NCBI GenBank assembly: GCA_943704425.1
Contig: CALSCP010002121.1
Location: 1-43,246 of the forward strand
DNA: 43,246 nucleotides
From: Ministeria vibrans ATCC 50519
Lineage: Eukaryota > Protista > Filasterea
Direction: 5' to 3'
Below, piece after piece: positions 24,796 through 36,179 of this stretch (positions are counted from its first letter, which is position 1; each line of letters begins with the position of its first letter). A program made the translations under genes and the position numbers. The notes under the pieces were generated by a model. It was given only the letters and a program-made list of their open reading frames with translations. It searched no databases and was not told where the DNA came from.

Positions 24796-25064
24796 TTTGG
24801 TGAATAAATGTGTCGAACTCTGCGCAAACCTTGGCTCTCTGCTCACTTTTTGCGGCGTCTGATCGCGCCGGTCGTTGCTGATCCACTCTCAAACCAGTGT
24901 AGGGGGTCGATCATGCGGGCGGGAATGCTGATATTCCGCAAGGATTCCATTACACGTGGAAGGCGATCAAGTTCATCGAAGGTGAAGTGCGACCGGACAC
25001 ACTTGGTCGGCGCGAATCACCTCAATCACCTCAAAACCCCCAGTTTTTTAATTGCAGTACAGCC

Positions 25065-26948
25065 ATGTCGTCTCCATCACCTAAGCGTGCGCGAGGAACG
25101 GGCAAGAATAAGGCCGAGGCGAGCCTGGAGAAGGACGCGCAAGATGACGGTAAGAAAAATCCTTTGGACTCTTGAGCTCCTCCCGCGTCTCACACACATT
25201 CTTGCGTACTCTCCATCCACTTGGTGCAGGCATGGGGCAGTTTGAAGATCCTTATGGCGACGATATTGAGGAAGAAGAGGAGGAAGGGCGCGACAGTATG
25301 ACAAGAAAAGCGTAAAAAAAAAAAATACTTTCTGACGGCTCTCTCTTCACAATATCAGATGCAATGGATGTGGACGAAGAGGGAGACGACGAAGAGGACG
25401 AAGACCACGTGATGGAGATGGGCGAGGACCAGGAGCCCGAGCCGGACGTGTACCTGCCGGGACAGGCAATGCCGGAAGGGACGACTCTCGAGCACGACCC
25501 CTCCGCCTACCACATGCTGCACGAAATCACTGCCGAGTGGCCGTGTCTGTCGTTTGATTTCATCCGCGACGACCTTGGCGAGAACCGCACTGCCTATCCT
25601 CACACGTTGTATGCTGTGGCGGGCACTCAGGCGGACCGTGCGGCGAACAACAAAGTCATGTTGTTGAAACTGTCGCAACTGAGCAAGACGCGCGAGAAGG
25701 ACGACGACGATGACGAGGACGATGACGAGGACGATGACGACGCCACGGACGACAGTGCAATTCTGGAGCACCGGTGGGTCGCGCACGACGGTTGTGTCAA
25801 CAGAATACGCGCCATGCCTCAACTGCCCAGCGTGTGCGCGAGCTTCTCGGACCGCGCGAAGGTCCACATTTGGGACTTGGGCGCTTCCATTGGCTCACTC
25901 GCGCAAGTAACAACCACTGAGAGTGTGTAAATATGGTAATAATGTGTGTGTGTGTGTGTGTGTGTGTTACGTAGCCACCGGTGGCAGGGCAACAGTCGCG
26001 CGACCCGCTTTTTACCTTTGCGCATCGCACCGAAGGATACGCACTCGACTGGTCTCCGCGTGTCGCTGGACGGTACCATCTACCCACACGCACATACTGT
26101 ATGTCTTTAAATATGTGGTATAATTCTATAGTCTTGCGAGTGGGGACTGTGGGTCGCGGATCCACGTGTGGCACAGCACAGTGGGAGGCACGTCATGGCA
26201 GGTGGACAGCACGGCGTACACGGGCCACACCGACTCGGTGGAGGACATCCAATGGAGTCCCACTGAGGATGGCGTGTTTGCGTCGGCGTCGGTTGACCAG
26301 AGCGTGCGCGTGTGGGATGTGCGCAAGAAGAATGGGGAGGCGCTCAAGGTTCACGCACACGACGCCGATGTCAACGTCATCTCTTGGAACAGGTGCGTGT
26401 ACCTCATTTCTGTGTGAATAGTGTGCCTATTGTGCCATTATGTGTGTATGTGTGCGACTCAGTGTATCTCTTTTCTCAATATTGTACTATCTCGGTGTAG
26501 GAGAGTTCCTTATTTGATGGTGTCTGGTGGCGATTGTGGCACGTTTAAGATTTGGGATCTGCGCAACTTCAAAGCAGATTCTCCTTCAGCCGTCTTTAAA
26601 TGGCACTCAAAGCCCATTACTTCACTCGAGTGGTGTCCCCACGAAGACTCAGTGCTCGTACGATGCATATATAGTATTACATTTCCCTCTGACTCTGCGG
26701 TCGTTGTCTAATTTCAGGCTGTGTCGGGTGCAGATGAGCAAGTGAGTTTGTGGGATCTGTCACTGGAGGCGGATGCCGAGTCCATTCAAACGGCCGATGG
26801 GTCCTCTGTCGATGTCCCGCCCCAGCTCCTCTTTATCCATCAGGGTCAAAAGGACGTCAAGGAACTCCATTTCCATCCCCAAATTCCCGGCGTCGTCATG
26901 ACCACTGCCGAATCCGGTTTCAACGTTTTCCGTACCATTTCCGTCTGA
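25065..26948 (+). CDS. GRWD1: Glutamate-rich WD40 repeat protein GRWD1/Rrb1
   Basis: [51 protein letters not shown] and [25 protein letters not shown]; multi-exon. Confidence 0.95.
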
Positions 26949-27012
26949 ATAAACCACTTTTTATCCTTTCACACACACACACACACACACACTTTTTTTT
27001 ATTCGTGACAAC

Positions 27013-28761
27013 ATGTCTTTGAGATTTACTCGACAGCATCATCAGGCACTAAGCAATCGTCTGGATGCGAATCAGCGTCAGCAGGCGACGCGCGGTCTGG
27101 CACAGTCTGCGGCACAATTTTATGGACAACCCGTCGTACGCGCCAATTGGGAGAGCGCCAGTGAGCGCAAGGCGATCGATGCGTCGGTGCGACGACGTGT
27201 CGATCGCATGTGCGAAGAGGAAGAGCGTGCCGCCGAGGAGCGTCGCCAGAGTGAACGCGAGCGCATCGCCGAAGAACGGTACGAGACCCATCAGAAGGCA
27301 AACAGCCCTAATATATAGACGAACTACGACAATTGTTGGCATTACAAAGCGCTCAGTAATCAGTGTAGACGCAGTGACGCTGGCGAATCGCCCTTGTTTG
27401 TTTTTACTATTTTGTATCGGTTGCCAAGGAAACTGATTTTTTATTGTTGTGTTTAGACGCCGTTACGAGGAGCAGCTGGCGTCACAGGTGGAGACTGAAG
27501 CGCAACGGTTTGGACGAATGAAGTTGCGTGCCGACATGTTGCGCACTGAACGGCTCGCAGCCGAACGGCAATTGGCCGAGGAGAAGCGCCAACAACAAAT
27601 CCGAGAACAGAGCGAACGAGTGCGCTCTGTCGACAGCAAACTTCTTTTGCAAAATGTGTATGCGACACGCGAACAGCAACTGCAAGAACAAGCAACGATG
27701 AGGGAAGAAGAGCGCGAGCGTGAGGCATTCTATGCGCGACAGTGGAACGATGATCGACTAAGAAAGGAGGCGCGCGAAGAGGCCGACAAAGCACATCGGC
27801 GTCAGTTGAATGCGCAACAAAAAGCGGTACTCGATGAGCAGGTAAGGCAAAAAAAATGCCCACAAACACAAAAAAAACAAACAAGACGTGCCATTAAATT
27901 ATATCTTTTCTTCAGATGGCTGAGCTAGAAAGAAAAAAGTCGGAAGCGGCACAGATTGACGCTGAACTTGCGGTGGTGCGTAAGGAGGAGGAGGCAGAGC
28001 GACGTGCGGAAGAGCAGGCACGCGAGAGGAAGCGGATGGAACAGCAGCGAGCGCGACGACATGAGTTGGATCAGGCGAATGAAGTGGAGCGGGCGAGACG
28101 AGCGCGGAGGGAGCGGGAGCTGGCAGAGATGGATGAAGGGAGGATTGCACGGGCGGTGGCGGAGATGGATGAGGAGCAACATGAGGGGCGGGAGCGCAAG
28201 GAACGGTTTCGGAGGGAGCAGGAGCGGTATTTGGCGTTTGTGCGGGAAATGCGGGAGCAGGAGAGGGAAAGGGAGAGGGCAGTGGATGCACTGGCACGGG
28301 AGGAGAACGGACGGCTGTGGGCACGACGCAGTGCGGTATGGGAGGCGGAGAGGGAGGCACGGCGACGACTGATGGACGAAGTGATGCGGGTGCGACGGGA
28401 GCAGATTGCGGGGAAGCGAGCGGTGCTGGAGGAGCGACGGAGGGCGGTGGAAGGAGAGCGAGAGGCACTGGCGACGCACTTGGAGGAATGGGGACGGCTG
28501 GAGGCGGAGAGAGAGCGGGAGCGCAAGGAGGAGGGGCGGGCGTATGGGAGTGCATTGGTGGAGCAAATGCGGGCGGAGCGGGAGCGGGTGGAACGGGAGA
28601 GACGAGTGAGAGAGGCGGAGGAGCGCGAGAGGACGCAGCGCGAGACGGAGCAGGAGATGCGTGTGGGACGTGAGGTGGAGCGTGGAGGTGTGTTGCGCTC
28701 GCACCGAGTCACGCAAAGCGATTGGCGCAGCAATGGCGAGGCACCATGGAACAGATATTGA
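27013..28761 (+). CDS. CFAP53: Cilia- and flagella-associated protein 53-like (trichoplein/TPH coiled coil)
   Basis: E/R/Q-rich coiled coil containing ETEAQRFGRMKLRADMLRTER..EKRQQQIREQSERVR and W..E.EARRRLMDEV...R.EQI; introns ~27279-27456 and ~27842-27916. Confidence 0.75.
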
Positions 28762-28800
28762 AAAAGAAATTGAGTGTTCATTTTGGGGGGGTTTTTTTTG

Positions 28801-28914
28801 CTACAGAGGTTTGTCATTGTCGTCGAATAATACCCTTCCGTCTTCGCCCAGCTTGACCTTTCCCTTTTGGCGCAGTTGTTCCACTTTGGCGGTAATTTCA
28901 GACTGATTTGCTTT
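28801..28914 (-). CDS. Orphan terminal exon of an unknown gene (KANQSEITAKVEQLRQKGKVKLGEDGRVLFDDNDKPL*)
   Basis: Acceptor ctcactgttAG follows a (CT)n tract, then 37 clean codons to TAG. No upstream exons are identifiable. Confidence 0.5.
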   Translation of the reverse strand, partial: KANQSEITAKVEQLRQKGKVKLGEDGRVLFDDNDKPL

Positions 28915-28922
28915 CTAACAGT

Positions 28923-28925
<3 letters not shown>

Positions 28926-29014
<89 letters not shown>

Positions 29015-29355
29015 AGAGAGAGAGAGAGAGAGAGAGAGTTTGAGAGAGAGAGTTTGAGAGAGAGAGAGAGAGTTTGAGAGAGTTTGAGAGAGAGAGAGTT
29101 TGAGAGAGAGAGAGTTTGAGAGAGAGAGAGTTTGAGAGAGAGAGAGTTTGAGAGAGAGAGTTTGAGAGAGTTTGAGAGAGAGAGAGTTTGAGAGAGAGAG
29201 AGAAAGAGAGTTTGAGAGAGAGAGAGAGAGAGAGTTTGAGAGAGAGAGAGAGAGAGAGGAGGAAGATGGTGAAATAACTAGAGAGAGAGGAGGGTGAAAG
29301 AACTAGAGAGAGGAGGGTGAAAGAACTAGAGAGAGAGGAGGGTGAAACAACTAGA
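28926..29355. repeat. (GA)n and (GAGAGTTT)n satellite plus ~4 copies of GAGGAGGGTGAAAGAACTAGAGAG-like units
   Basis: Directly visible. Confidence 0.95.
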
Positions 29356-29417
29356 TGTATATATAGGATGGAGAAAGAAGCAAGGGGATAGAGGTGTGCT
29401 AACCAAGAGTCTAATAG

Positions 29418-29736
29418 GAACGATTGGTGCATATGCGAGACGATGCGCCAAAGCACTTTCCTGTTGATGGACCCGACTACCGTTTGCTCTCTATTGAATC
29501 AAACTACTCAACACACACCGAGCGAAAGATCATTGGCGAGTTTATGGTTCCATATTACACAACCACAGTAAGATAAATATGGATGAGCAAAGGAACAATC
29601 TGTGAGGAATAATCTGTTAAAAGACAGCACTTGAGTTAACTCCCTCGTACCACACACACACACACACGCACATACACACATATCACCCGCACTATAGTAA
29701 TAATAATCAATATCTCACAATCATAATAATAATAGT

Positions 29737-29811
<75 letters not shown>

Positions 29812-31929
29812 TTTGTTATTATTTGCAATGGGTAACATATGTCACTCAATCAAATATATATTAACAGTGTGTATATCATCGCCAAAGTCACTCATACTCA
29901 CTATTTACAGCCCCTTCCCGGCGCATCTCTCGTTCTGGACCCGACCAGCGGCCTTCCCGTCTTTCAAGGGACCACTCCCGTCCAGTTCACCGTCATGATC
30001 TCTCGTAAGGTTGCCTCCTCCGGCAAAGGCGGTCGCATCGTGGCCTATGGTCATGGTCTCTTTGGCGATCAGAATGAAATCACTCAGGATTATCTCCAGG
30101 AAAACGTAACTATTGCCATCTGACTTATTTTCTTCGATTTTCATGGAGAACAATCATAGATTGTCAGGGTCACAATCATAGATTGTCAGGGTCACAATCA
30201 TAGATTGTCAGGGTCACAATCATAGATTGTCAGGGTCACAATCATATATTGTCAGGGTCACAATCATAGATTGTCAGGGTCACAATTATAGATTGTCAGA
30301 GTCACAATCATAGATTGTCAGGGTCACAATCATCGATTGTCAGGGTCACAATGATATTATTATACAATATTAAGACTCTCGTCATGCCACTATGCATGCT
30401 ACATTTTCCCATTTAGGCGGATTCCTACGGGTGGGTTATGGGCGCAGCTGACTGGTGGGGACTGTGTAAGGATGATCTTCCTTCTCTTGTTTACATGATT
30501 GCTGTAAATGCTTCAAATTTCCATATTCTTCCCGATCGCACAAGTCAGGTAAAAACTTGTTTGTTGTCTATTGAATTTTACTCTCATTCTCACATTGCAC
30601 TCTCACTCTCTCATTACACACTGGCAGCCTTTGCTCTTCCTCTCATTCTCATATCCTTCTCATACATTTTCACTTACTTCCTCTCACTTTCATTCTCATT
30701 CTCTCTCTCTCGTTTTTATACTCGGTTATGTTAATTACACTCTCACTCACTCTCATTCTTTGACACGCTCTGTTGGTCTCACAGGGAATCATTAACCAGC
30801 TGAGTCTGATGACCCTCATGCGCTCGGATCGGTTCAATCGTGATCCCGCAGTCATATACAACGGAGTTTCTGCTTTTGACAAGACCCGCACAAATTACTT
30901 TGGCAATTCCTGTGGTGGAATTCTCGTAAGTCTTTCTTATTTTAATTCTTTTTCAAGTCGTTGGCTTTTTGCGCCCTCTTTTGTTTTGAATGTTGTTTCC
31001 GCACATTGATTACTTGATCCACTCACTCTGCATCTCACACTCAATGTGTCATTCACGCCCTCTCTCTTTTACGCGCTCTCACTGAGAGTGACACATTCTA
31101 CACCTTTCGTTCTCACTCGAAAAACAGTGTTGCACTGACCATTTTTAAAAAATACCCTACGAAAAAAAGCAAAAACTTTTCACTCGTACCATTCAACCAC
31201 TCAATCACAGTCAGATATACACTAATAACAACTCTTTATTCCCATTTCACAGGGGGGGCTGTACATGTCACTGACAACAGAGGTGACGGCGGGTGTGCTG
31301 GGGGTTCCTGGCCTGCCCTTTGGCATGCTCCTTCCGCGCAGTTTGGACTTTGTGGCTCTCTATGATCTCATTAAGATTCGCTGGTTGGATCCTTTTGACC
31401 GCTATTTCCTCCTTGTTGGAATGCAGGTGAAAGTCGAGAAATTTCCACAAAAATACTATAGACTCATATTCTCTATTCCTTTTTTTTTTAGTTGCTGTGG
31501 GATCGGGGTGAGCCGGCGGGATTTATGAACCACATCACACACAACCCACTGCCCAACACACCGGCGCACCGCATTCTCATCCAGCATGGCCTGGGCGATG
31601 CGCAGGTGACCTACTTAGCAGCATATTCGATGGGCCGCACTGCCAACTGCAGCATGTTCCCCAACAACGTCCACGAGAAGAACGAGACCCTCTTTGGCTT
31701 CCCGACTGTGCACGCTGCCGCCGCCATCGACACCAACATGATTGTCACCTTTGACTTCAATGCCCTTCCCGTCTCTCCTTACAACATTCCCGCTGCAAAG
31801 TCCACCGACACCCATGGGAAGACCCGTCGCGATCCAAGGGGACGCGACCAAATGAACGCTTTCTTCGAGTCGGGTGGCCATTCCATTCCGGACACCTGCA
31901 ACGGCAAAGGCTGTGTTCCTCTTAATTAG
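29418..31929 (+). CDS. Bacterial-type alpha/beta-hydrolase (lipase-like), probably 5' incomplete
   Basis: Exons 29418-29567, 29911-30105, 30417-30548, 30785-30925, 31253-31426 and 31492-31929 all join in phase 0. Motifs: YGHGLFG, DWWGL, nucleophile elbow YFGNSCGGILGG, QLLWDRGEP, GDAQV and DTHG. Confidence 0.8.
30150..30352. repeat. 22-bp tandem minisatellite ACAATCATAGATTGTCAGGGTC x9 (intronic)
   Basis: Units start at 30150, 30172, ... 30326, plus a partial copy; 4 single-base variants. Confidence 0.97.
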
Positions 31930-32065
31930 TGATCTGTGTGTGATGAAGCCTATAATTAATTAGAAGAAGAAGAAAAAATTAAGATAAGATGATTATTATT
32001 CACGTAATAAGATTCACTCAAGTGACTCAACTCATTTATTTCTTAATCATTTCAAAGTTTTTGTC

Positions 32066-32272
32066 ATGACCGGTTCACGGGCACCTCCAGCGCCACCTGA
32101 ACCGGCTATGCTCTCTTCGGCGCTCACGCCTGGAGCGGTGTTCACGGTACGCTGTCGAATCAATCTCAACCTGTCAAAACTTTTCCCTCTCACTCTTCGC
32201 CTCCCTCTCTCTCCTGCTCCTTCCTCAGGGATCCCAAACCTCAACAATGTCATCTTTTGGTAAGGGACACTG

Positions 32273-32307
<35 letters not shown>

Positions 32308-32963
32308 TCTGTCTCTCTCTTTTGAACTTGCGCTCGTTTGTCTGATTTGACAGATATCAAGATGGAGCTGAAGCAGGTTGACATCGGCGAGTCCTACTTG
32401 TGTGGATATCTCACCATAGACGGCCTCAGCGTTGCGGCGCCGAGTCTCACAACGTTTTGGGAAGGTAGAGAGTCACAAATGTGTCAGAACCTGTCAGAAC
32501 ATCAACATAACATACCATCAACACTCCTTCTGCTCAGGCGAGATCATAGGCGAGCGGTATCCGTTTGCAACGCGCAAATGGAACGCTACCGAGGCAACCG
32601 ACAGAGCTCACTGGGAACGGCTCGCGCCGTTTGAGGCGAAAATGTTTTCGGATGTGTATCCCTTTCACACTGCCCGACACGTCTTTATGCGCTGGAAAGA
32701 AATTTTCATGGTTCCCGATCATCACGTGTGCTCTGTCAGCGGTGCTTCCTTCAAAGGGTTCTACTATGTGGTTTTTGACAGGTATATTTAGAAATGGAGC
32801 GTACTTTTGATGGAAGCGAACCCCTTACGTACGTCTTACTTCACTTATTAGGGTCACTTCAACGTTTCAGGGTCTGTACTATGACACTGACTGCGAAAAG
32901 TATCAGAAACTGTCTCTCTCATCTGTGCCGCGAAGGGATTTTGCTTGCTTTTCGTATCAGTAG
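32066..32963 (+). CDS. GID4: GID/CTLH complex subunit GID4 (Vid24)
   Basis: LTPGAVFT|GSQ, SYLCGYLTIDGL..LTTFWEGEIIG, TRKWNA...D..HW, FMRWKE.F.VPDH..SGASFKGFYY and GLYYD...KYQKLSL; 5 exons. Confidence 0.93.
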
Positions 32964-33446
32964 CTGCGTGGTCGCTGCGTGGTAGCTGCGTTGGTCCTTG
33001 TGTATTTGATAGTGTACAGAATTCATACTGCGTCAAAATTATTATTCATAATAATTCTTTTCTGAACTCTGAGCGAGTGAGCGTCAATAGCTCAACTGAG
33101 TCAACTCATGATTCCTTTATTGCAATGTAATTATTATCGGCAAACGATCATACACGTTTAGTAACACTATTAAATGTCACCTAGCTACGAGAGAGGCATT
33201 TGCACAAGTATAGATTGATCATATCACTGATGCGTACGTACACTCGTACCACGTTGTACAGATAAGTGAGTGAGATAACTCATAACAGAGAGGTCAGAGA
33301 CAAGCCTCATAGTCGCCAAATCTCATAAACACAAATGAGACTGATTCTTATTGCCAGATAATGAAATAATAATAATATTTTACAAATTAATACTTTAACT
33401 TAATACAATATTGTTCTTCACTTCAAAAACTTGTCCTCGACTAACG

Positions 33447-33838
33447 ATGAAGTCGCTGATCAGCGTACGAGAGCGAGCCATCTGGACGGTGCTTGCCAAC
33501 CTCCTGACGGCAACCTGGCTGCTCGTGGCGGTGTCTGGCAACGGCTGGGCAAAAGACGACAATATGATCTTCTCGCCGACTGGCGAAGCTTTTATCGGGG
33601 TACGACACATGCCATGACTCCCCCCTCTCCTCCCCCTGGGCCTACCTAGCCTCCATTCCAAGCACAGTTGCCCTCATTATTCCAAGTCGGTATTTTTAAG
33701 CTCGTTTTTTGGTCAAGCGGCTTCTTCTCCCTCGCCTGTCCACGCGACGCCTCTTCTCTGCCCAAGAACTGCAGCGCCCTATGAAATAGACTCATTTGAC
33801 GCCTCCCTGCCCTCCTTTGATCTCTTGTCTTCGTCTTT

Positions 33839-33873
<35 letters not shown>

Positions 33874-34616
33874 AAATGCTCTGCAACGAAACGCGGCGTA
33901 AACTGCCGAGCCGCCGCACGCGCGCTGTCTCGCACTCGAACATTCGTCCCAAGGCTGCATGCGGCGCCCTTCGCATGCAATAGTGCGTTGTTTGTGTCCG
34001 GGCAGTCGTTGGTTCAGCAGCGACGCGTCAAGTGTTGAAAGTGGGCCGTCTTGTTGTCCTTGCGTTCTCTTGTTCTCTTGGGGGTCATCGAAATTTCCCT
34101 TGTTGTGCTCGCGCTCTTTTTGCCTCCGCTCTTCTTTACACACATGCACACATCTTTGACTAATCATTATTATATGTACCCTTTATTGTTCTAATAATAA
34201 TTAATTTTACATTATATACTTTGTAGTTATGGAATGTGTGCTTTAAGAGCGCGTTACAAGACTGTCGCTCTACCGAGGATGTGTACAATGTGGCGAGTTT
34301 CTGGACGGGAACGCGTGCGATGATTCTGATTGCAACGCTTGCGGGTCTTGCCTCGCTTGTGTTTGGAGTGTTTTCCATTGCGTACCCGAAGCGTTGGATT
34401 TTCCAGGTGATCATTGTCACCGGATTTGTGGCGTGGTTCTTTTGTTTAATTGGCGCTGCCGTCTGGTCGGCCAACTGGAAGGACGGGTTCACACGAACGA
34501 CGGGTGTTGTGTCGCTGTCGTGGGCCTTTGCCTTTAGCTGGGTGGCGGCCGTCTTTGGTGCAATCACCAATGCAATGTACATCTTCTGGGTGTACGGCGA
34601 GCTTGACAAGGCGTGA
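33447..34616 (+). CDS. Claudin/PMP22-family tetraspan membrane protein (~180 aa)
   Basis: Exon 33447-33599 joins exon 34227-34616 in phase 0, creating W...G|LWNVC...C (the W-GLW-C-C signature) and four hydrophobic helices. Confidence 0.75.
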
Positions 34617-34719
34617 GAGGGAGGGAGAAAGAGAGAGAGAGAGTGTGTGTGTGTGAGCATAAACCATAATTAATTAATGTACCTGAACAGGAGGGGAGAA
34701 AAAGAGAAGAATAATAATA

Positions 34720-34755
<36 letters not shown>

Positions 34756-34885
34756 TTTATTACGTCGTCATTTGTACATAATTTTTAGTTTAGGATGAAT
34801 AGGGTCCCAGTCTTTCAGATAATGAAATAAAACAATACTAATTACTTCTTATTGACAAACAAAAGTCACAGTCAAAAACAAACAG

Positions 34886-35721
34886 TCATCTGCGCTTCTT
34901 CTTGCGACGCCTCTCGTTGATCTTTCGAATCAACTCAGCCGGAGTGGGTTTTGCCTTGGGCACTTTCACCGTCTTGGCCCTTGCCCTTCTCTTGGGTTCC
35001 TTCTTTGGCTCAGACATTGGCGTTGAAGTGGTGCTTTTCTTCCGTTGAATGCGCACTTTAAACTGCGGATCCCCTCCATCACTGTCATTGTCGTCAAGAC
35101 TGCTCAGACTGCTGCTACTGTTGCTGTAGTAACCACCAACACCATCACCCCGAACAGTACTCGTCCACTCGACAAACTGCTTTCGTCTCTTGACGACCCG
35201 TCCCGATCGAGCTGTTACCACCACAACTGCTGAGTCATTGTCGCTGCTACACGCCGCCGTCTGTTTCTTCAGCGCTCGGGCCGATGACGATGCGACCACA
35301 ACGGAATCATCATCACTGCTTCGCTGTCGTTTGCTGCCTGTCGTCTGTTTCTTCACCGCTCGGGCCGATGACGATGCGACCACAACGGAATCACCATCAC
35401 TGCTTCGCTGTCGTTTCCTTCCCATTTGTTCACCGATGCTGTCCCTTGCAACGCTGTCTTCATCGCCGTGACATTTCTGTTGCATGGCTCGCTGTACCGT
35501 CGTTGACTCTTGACGCACACCGTCCTCTTCCCCACTACCACTCTCAGTGACCGCCCAGTCTGAGTCGTCGTTTGCTTCCTCCTCTTCTACGTCTTGCTCT
35601 TCTTCTTGCTGTTGTTGTGGCTTCCTCGCCCGTGGACATCCATTGCCATCAAACTCAAACCGACCCGTCGCACACATGGCTCGATACACCTGCTCGCGAA
35701 TGTACTCCTCCACCACCAGAC
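34886..35721 (-). CDS. Terminal exon of an unknown low-complexity protein with a basic NLS-like C-terminus; 5' part not found
   Basis: Acceptor ttgtttAG at 35723-35722, then ~278 open codons ending KINERRRKKKRR*; contains an 84-bp internal duplication. Confidence 0.6.
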
Positions 35722-35733
35722 CTAAACAAAGAA

Positions 35734-35898
35734 AGTTTGAGAGAGTTTGAGAGAGACGAGGAGGGGAAAAGAGCAAAGAAACAAAGAGAGAGAGAGAGAG
35801 TTTGACAGAGAGTTTGAGAGAGAGCTTGAGAGAGTTTGAGAGTTTGAGAGAGCTTTTGAGAGAGTTTGAGAAAGAGAGAGCTTGAGAGAGTCTGAGAG

Positions 35899-35985
<87 letters not shown>

Positions 35986-36135
35986 AACAATGTGATAGAG
36001 AGAGAGAGAGAGAGAGAGGAGGGAGAAAGAAACAATGTGATAGGGGGAGAGAGGAGGGAGAAAGAAAAAAAGTGATAAGTGATAGAGACGCACAGAGAGA
36101 AACAAAGCACAGAAACAAAGTGACAAAGCAAAGTG
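35734..36135. repeat. (GAGAGTTT)n, (GA)n and AAACAA(A/T)GTGATAG satellite block
   Basis: Directly visible; same units as 28926-29355 and 7601-7820. Confidence 0.9.
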
Positions 36136-36179
36136 ATTGAGAGAAATAAGAGTGAGGGAGTGAGACTTTGGCTTTGTAC

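Noticed and set aside
24890-24940. AAACCA and ATATTCC resembling snR30/U17 m2 and m1 motifs; a DHAGGN peptide in one frame
   Set aside because: The motifs are in the wrong order and imperfect. The peptide frame has a stop just upstream and lacks the HxHxDH context.
25051-25060. ATTGCAGTAC, identical to the U2 snRNA loop IV
   Set aside because: There is no flanking stem, branch-pairing region or Sm site; it is better explained as a splice acceptor or chance.
29738-29998. Poly-Leu ORF, and similar SLSL/ERER ORFs at 7365-7921, 28071-29456, 35655-36419 and 42899-43207
   Set aside because: These are translations of (TTA)n and (CT)n/(GA)n microsatellites.
30150-30352. CRISPR-like array of palindromic repeats
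   Set aside because: The units are contiguous with no spacers, there are no cas genes, and it lies in a eukaryotic intron.
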